NCBI GenBank assembly: GCA_026391215.1
Contig: JAPLDX010000019.1
Span: 1-10,189 of the forward strand
DNA length: 10,189 nucleotides
DNA from: Bacteroidia bacterium
Lineage (GTDB): Bacteria > Bacteroidota > Bacteroidia > Bacteroidales > VadinHA17
Direction: 5' to 3'
Below are positions 8,141 through 10,189 of the stretch, in pieces; the stretch's first letter is position 1, and each line of letters opens with the position of its first letter. The position numbers and the translations under genes are program-made. The notes below the pieces were generated by a model. The model ran no database searches. It had not been told where the DNA came from and was given only the letters and a program-made list of their open reading frames with translations.

Positions 8141-8177
8141 ATTATCTTGTGCGGCTATTTATTAAAAACAATGGAAT

Positions 8178-9149
8178 ATGTTACATTACAAAGATTTAGG
8201 ATTAGTGAATTCAAGAGAATTGTTCAAGAGTGCCGTGAAAGGCGGATATGCCATTCCTGCATTCAATTTCAATAATCTTGAGCAGATGCAGGCAATAATA
8301 AGCGCCTGTGTGGAGACAAAATCTCCGGTGATCCTTCAGGTATCAAAAGGTGCACGAAAATATGCCAATCAGACACTTCTCCAGTATCTTGCAAAGGGAG
8401 CTGTGGAATATGCCAAGGAACTTGGGTATGCAATTCCAATAGTTTTGCATCTTGATCATGGCGATTCATTTGAAACATGCAAGTCGTGCATTGAAACAGG
8501 TTTCTCCTCAGTAATGATTGACGGATCGCATTTTCCGTATGATGAAAACGTTAGACTGACAAAGCAGGTTGTTGAATATGCACACCAGTACGACGTGACT
8601 GTAGAAGGGGAACTTGGAGTTTTAGCCGGAATTGAGGATGAAGTATCATCAGAACATACAAATTATACAAGGCCTGAAGAAGTGGAAGACTTTGTGAAGA
8701 AAACAGGAGTTGACTCACTGGCCATTTCAATAGGAACATCACATGGTGCTTTCAAATTCAAGGTAAAGCCGGGCGAGCTTCCTCCACCACTGCGTTTTGA
8801 CATTCTTGAGGAATGTGAAAAACGTATTCCGGGTTTTCCGATAGTCCTTCATGGCGCTTCTTCGGTACCGCAGGATATTGTGGCCGAGATCAATAAGTAT
8901 GGAGGGAAGATGGAAAACACTGCAGGCGTATCTGAAGATCAGCTGCGCAGGGCTGCAAAATCAGCTGTATGCAAGATAAATATTGACAGTGACGGCCGGC
9001 TGGCAATGACAGCTGCAATACGCAAGGTATTTGTTGAAAAACCGGGTGAGTTTGATCCGCGTAATTACCTTGGTCCGGCACGCGATAAACTGAAGGAGCT
9101 TTACAAGCATAAGGTCGTAAATGTGCTTGGGAGTGCAGGGAAGGCATAA
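8178..9149 (+). CDS. fba: Class II (metal-dependent) fructose-1,6-bisphosphate aldolase
   Basis: 323 aa. YAIPAFN, LHLDHG, SSVMIDGS, VEGELG, GTSHGA, VLHGAS, KINIDS and FDPR motifs. Confidence 0.98.
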   Translation: MLHYKDLGLVNSRELFKSAVKGGYAIPAFNFNNLEQMQAIISACVETKSPVILQVSKGARKYANQTLLQYLAKGAVEYAKELGYAIPIVLHLDHGDSFETCKSCIETGFSSVMIDGSHFPYDENVRLTKQVVEYAHQYDVTVEGELGVLAGIEDEVSSEHTNYTRPEEVEDFVKKTGVDSLAISIGTSHGAFKFKVKPGELPPPLRFDILEECEKRIPGFPIVLHGASSVPQDIVAEINKYGGKMENTAGVSEDQLRRAAKSAVCKINIDSDGRLAMTAAIRKVFVEKPGEFDPRNYLGPARDKLKELYKHKVVNVLGSAGKA

Positions 9150-9158
9150 AGCAAAGAA

Positions 9159-9282
9159 CCCCCCTCTCCCGCTAAAGCGGGATCTACCCCTGAAGGTGGA
9201 GAAAAACCCAAGTATTTTAATAAGATTTTAGTTGAATCAGGGGTTTCTTCTCCCCTTCAGGCAGGGGGGAAGAAAAAGGGGG
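9159..9282. repeat. GC-rich nested palindrome (REP/MITE-like), probably also the fba terminator
   Basis: Hairpin TCCCGC-TAAA-GCGGGA (9167-9182). Long arms CCTGAAGGTGGAGAA (9189-9203)/TTCTCCCCTTCAGG (9248-9261) and AAACCC (9204-9209)/GGGTTT (9241-9246) flank an AT-rich spacer. Alternative hairpin at 9247-9272. Outer C-run/G-run ends. Confidence 0.7.
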
Positions 9283-9400
9283 ATTATAAGATAAAGTTGT
9301 TAATACAGTAATTGTCAGAAAATCTGTCATTTACAGACTGGATTTCTTTTTCTGTTAAAAACTGTCCTTTTTTATATCCACACAGGATTCAATGATTTAG

Positions 9401-9408
9401 TATTTTAG
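9401..9408 (+). promoter_or_regulatory. Variant -7 promoter element for the 9434 gene
   Basis: TATTTTAG(CC), one mismatch to TAnnTTTG, ending 25 nt before the GTG start. Confidence 0.45.
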
Positions 9409-9433
9409 CCGGACAATCACGAAACCGTTACAG

Positions 9434-9679
9434 GTGAGGCATCTGGTATATAAAGAGGATCAGTTAAAGAGGACCAACAGGTTCACAGTGATGCTGAACG
9501 ACAGGGAGATGAGAGCCCTGGATATTTTCTGCAGCCGGTACAGGATAAAGAACAAATCAGAATTTTTCAGGGAAACCATAATGAAAGCCATCCTGAAAAG
9601 GTTTGATGATGAACATCCTACATTATGGGAAGAGCCTGAACAGACTCTTTTTAACCAGAGCGGATCCAAATCCCTCTGA
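9434..9679 (+). CDS. Small hypothetical protein, probable ribbon-helix-helix-like DNA-binding fold
   Basis: 81 aa, GTG start. A basic alternating strand RTNRFTVML is followed by helix NDREMRALDIFCSRY, turn IKNKS, helix EFFRETIMKAILKRF and a PTLW tail. It resembles small conserved Bacteroidota hypotheticals; the fold is inference. Confidence 0.75.
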   Translation: MRHLVYKEDQLKRTNRFTVMLNDREMRALDIFCSRYRIKNKSEFFRETIMKAILKRFDDEHPTLWEEPEQTLFNQSGSKSL

Positions 9680-9705
9680 CTCTTATTCAGTTAAGGAAAT
9701 TTTTA

Positions 9706-9713
9706 TATTTTTG
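9706..9713 (+). promoter_or_regulatory. Bacteroidota -7 promoter element in front of the tRNA fragment
   Basis: TATTTTTG(CA) matches TAnnTTTG exactly and ends 11 nt before the tRNA-like 5' end. Confidence 0.75.
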
Positions 9714-9724
9714 CACCGTCATAG

Positions 9725-9746
9725 TGACCCATGGTGTAATTGGCAA
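9725..9746 (+). pseudogene. 5' fragment of a tRNA-Gln gene
   Basis: TGACCCA-TG-GTGT-AATTGGCA-A gives the acceptor 5' strand, D-stem 5' strand and D-loop as I recall them for Bacteroidota tRNA-Gln. The D-stem partner ACAC, the TTCGA T-loop and the acceptor 3' strand TGGGTCA are absent. Confidence 0.7.
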
Positions 9747-9792
9747 TGAGGGATTTTGAGGCTGGGAGAATAGGAAAATATCAAACACTCCA

Positions 9793-9820
9793 TTAAAGTG
9801 GCTACAGCAGGCGACTTTAA
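9793..9820. terminator. Imperfect hairpin, terminator-like or a protein-binding inverted repeat
   Basis: TTAAAGT (9793-9799)/ACTTTAA (9814-9820), extended inward after one mismatch by two G-C pairs and one G-U pair. Confidence 0.35.
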
Positions 9821-9963
9821 CATTATAATATTATATACAGTTTTATATATCAGCTTACAAATAAGATTGACTTTGGTTTAAACAAGGTGTAATGAACCGG
9901 CCCGGGAGAAATGCTGTTAAGTGTTAATTATTTATTTTTATGCTGCCAGCCTGTATAATGACT

Positions 9964-9971
9964 TAAATTTG
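9964..9971 (+). promoter_or_regulatory. Bacteroidota -7 promoter element for the nitronate monooxygenase-like gene
   Basis: TAAATTTG matches TAnnTTTG exactly and ends 21 nt before the ATG at 9993. Confidence 0.65.
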
Positions 9972-9992
9972 TAATATGTTTAAAAAAAATAT

Positions 9993-10189
9993 ATGAAGGC
10001 ATTAAAAATTGGAAGTCTTTTAATTGCTGTTCCGGTCATTCAGGGTGTAATGGGAGTTGGTATTTCTCTTTCCGGACTGGCAGCCGCAGTTGCAAATGAA
10101 GGCGGGGTTGGGGTAATATCAAGTGCAGGGCTTGGACTTTTATACAAGGACTTTTCTGAAAACTTTCTTGAGGCAAGTATTATCGGGCT
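9993..10189 (+). CDS. Nitronate monooxygenase / FabK-like FMN-dependent oxidoreductase (5' part only; runs off the window)
   Basis: Not in the ORF track. Hand translation: MKALKIGSLLIAVPVIQGVMGVGISLSGLAAAVANEGGVGVISSAGLG..., matching the family N-terminus PIIQGGMGVG.S...LA.AVA..GG.G. Confidence 0.9.
   Translation, partial: MKALKIGSLLIAVPVIQGVMGVGISLSGLAAAVANEGGVGVISSAGLGLLYKDFSENFLEASIIG

Noticed and set aside
8171-8275. Out-of-frame ATG 7 nt before the fba start, opening a 34-codon ORF
   Set aside because: It overlaps fba almost entirely, has no recognisable features, and the 8178 start gives the expected aldolase N-terminus.
9290-9400. Replication origin
   Set aside because: Only three degenerate DnaA-box-like 9-mers, none perfect, and no dnaA or other typical origin-linked gene in the window.
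377-9669. Short alternative-frame or antisense ORFs in the track (377-622, 1756-1971, 2536-3693 set, 4824-5092, 5617-6762 set, 7561-7842, 7864-8085, 8269-9147 set, 9460-9669)
   Set aside because: All overlap well-supported genes, show no recognisable motifs and look like shadow ORFs.
9725-9800. Complete or intron-containing tRNA
   Set aside because: I found no T-arm or acceptor 3' strand (TGGGTCA) in the remaining sequence, and no intron-like structure.

Overview
A mostly housekeeping region from a Bacteroidota (probably Bacteroidales) chromosome, judged from the TAnnTTTG -7 promoter boxes, A/T-rich leaders without Shine-Dalgarno sequences, and signal peptides cleaved before Gln. On the + strand: cvpA-family gene and tyrS. 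Converging on them from the - strand is a tightly packed run: TolC, MacA-like periplasmic adaptor, tsaB, DUF3108-like secreted protein, efp and a SpoIIE/PP2C phosphatase. Divergent from TolC on the + strand are class II fructose-bisphosphate aldolase, a small basic hypothetical protein, a promoter followed by only the first 22 nt of a tRNA-Gln, and the 5' part of a nitronate monooxygenase/FabK-like gene. There are two REP-like palindromic elements (1-120 and 9159-9282). The most notable points are (i) TolC's frame extends 120 codons beyond the called ORF, with a signal peptide but no ATG/GTG/TTG start, and (ii) the tRNA-Gln is broken after its D-loop, which looks like an integration or rearrangement scar. 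I see no convincing novel multi-gene system, CRISPR array, integrase or transposase.
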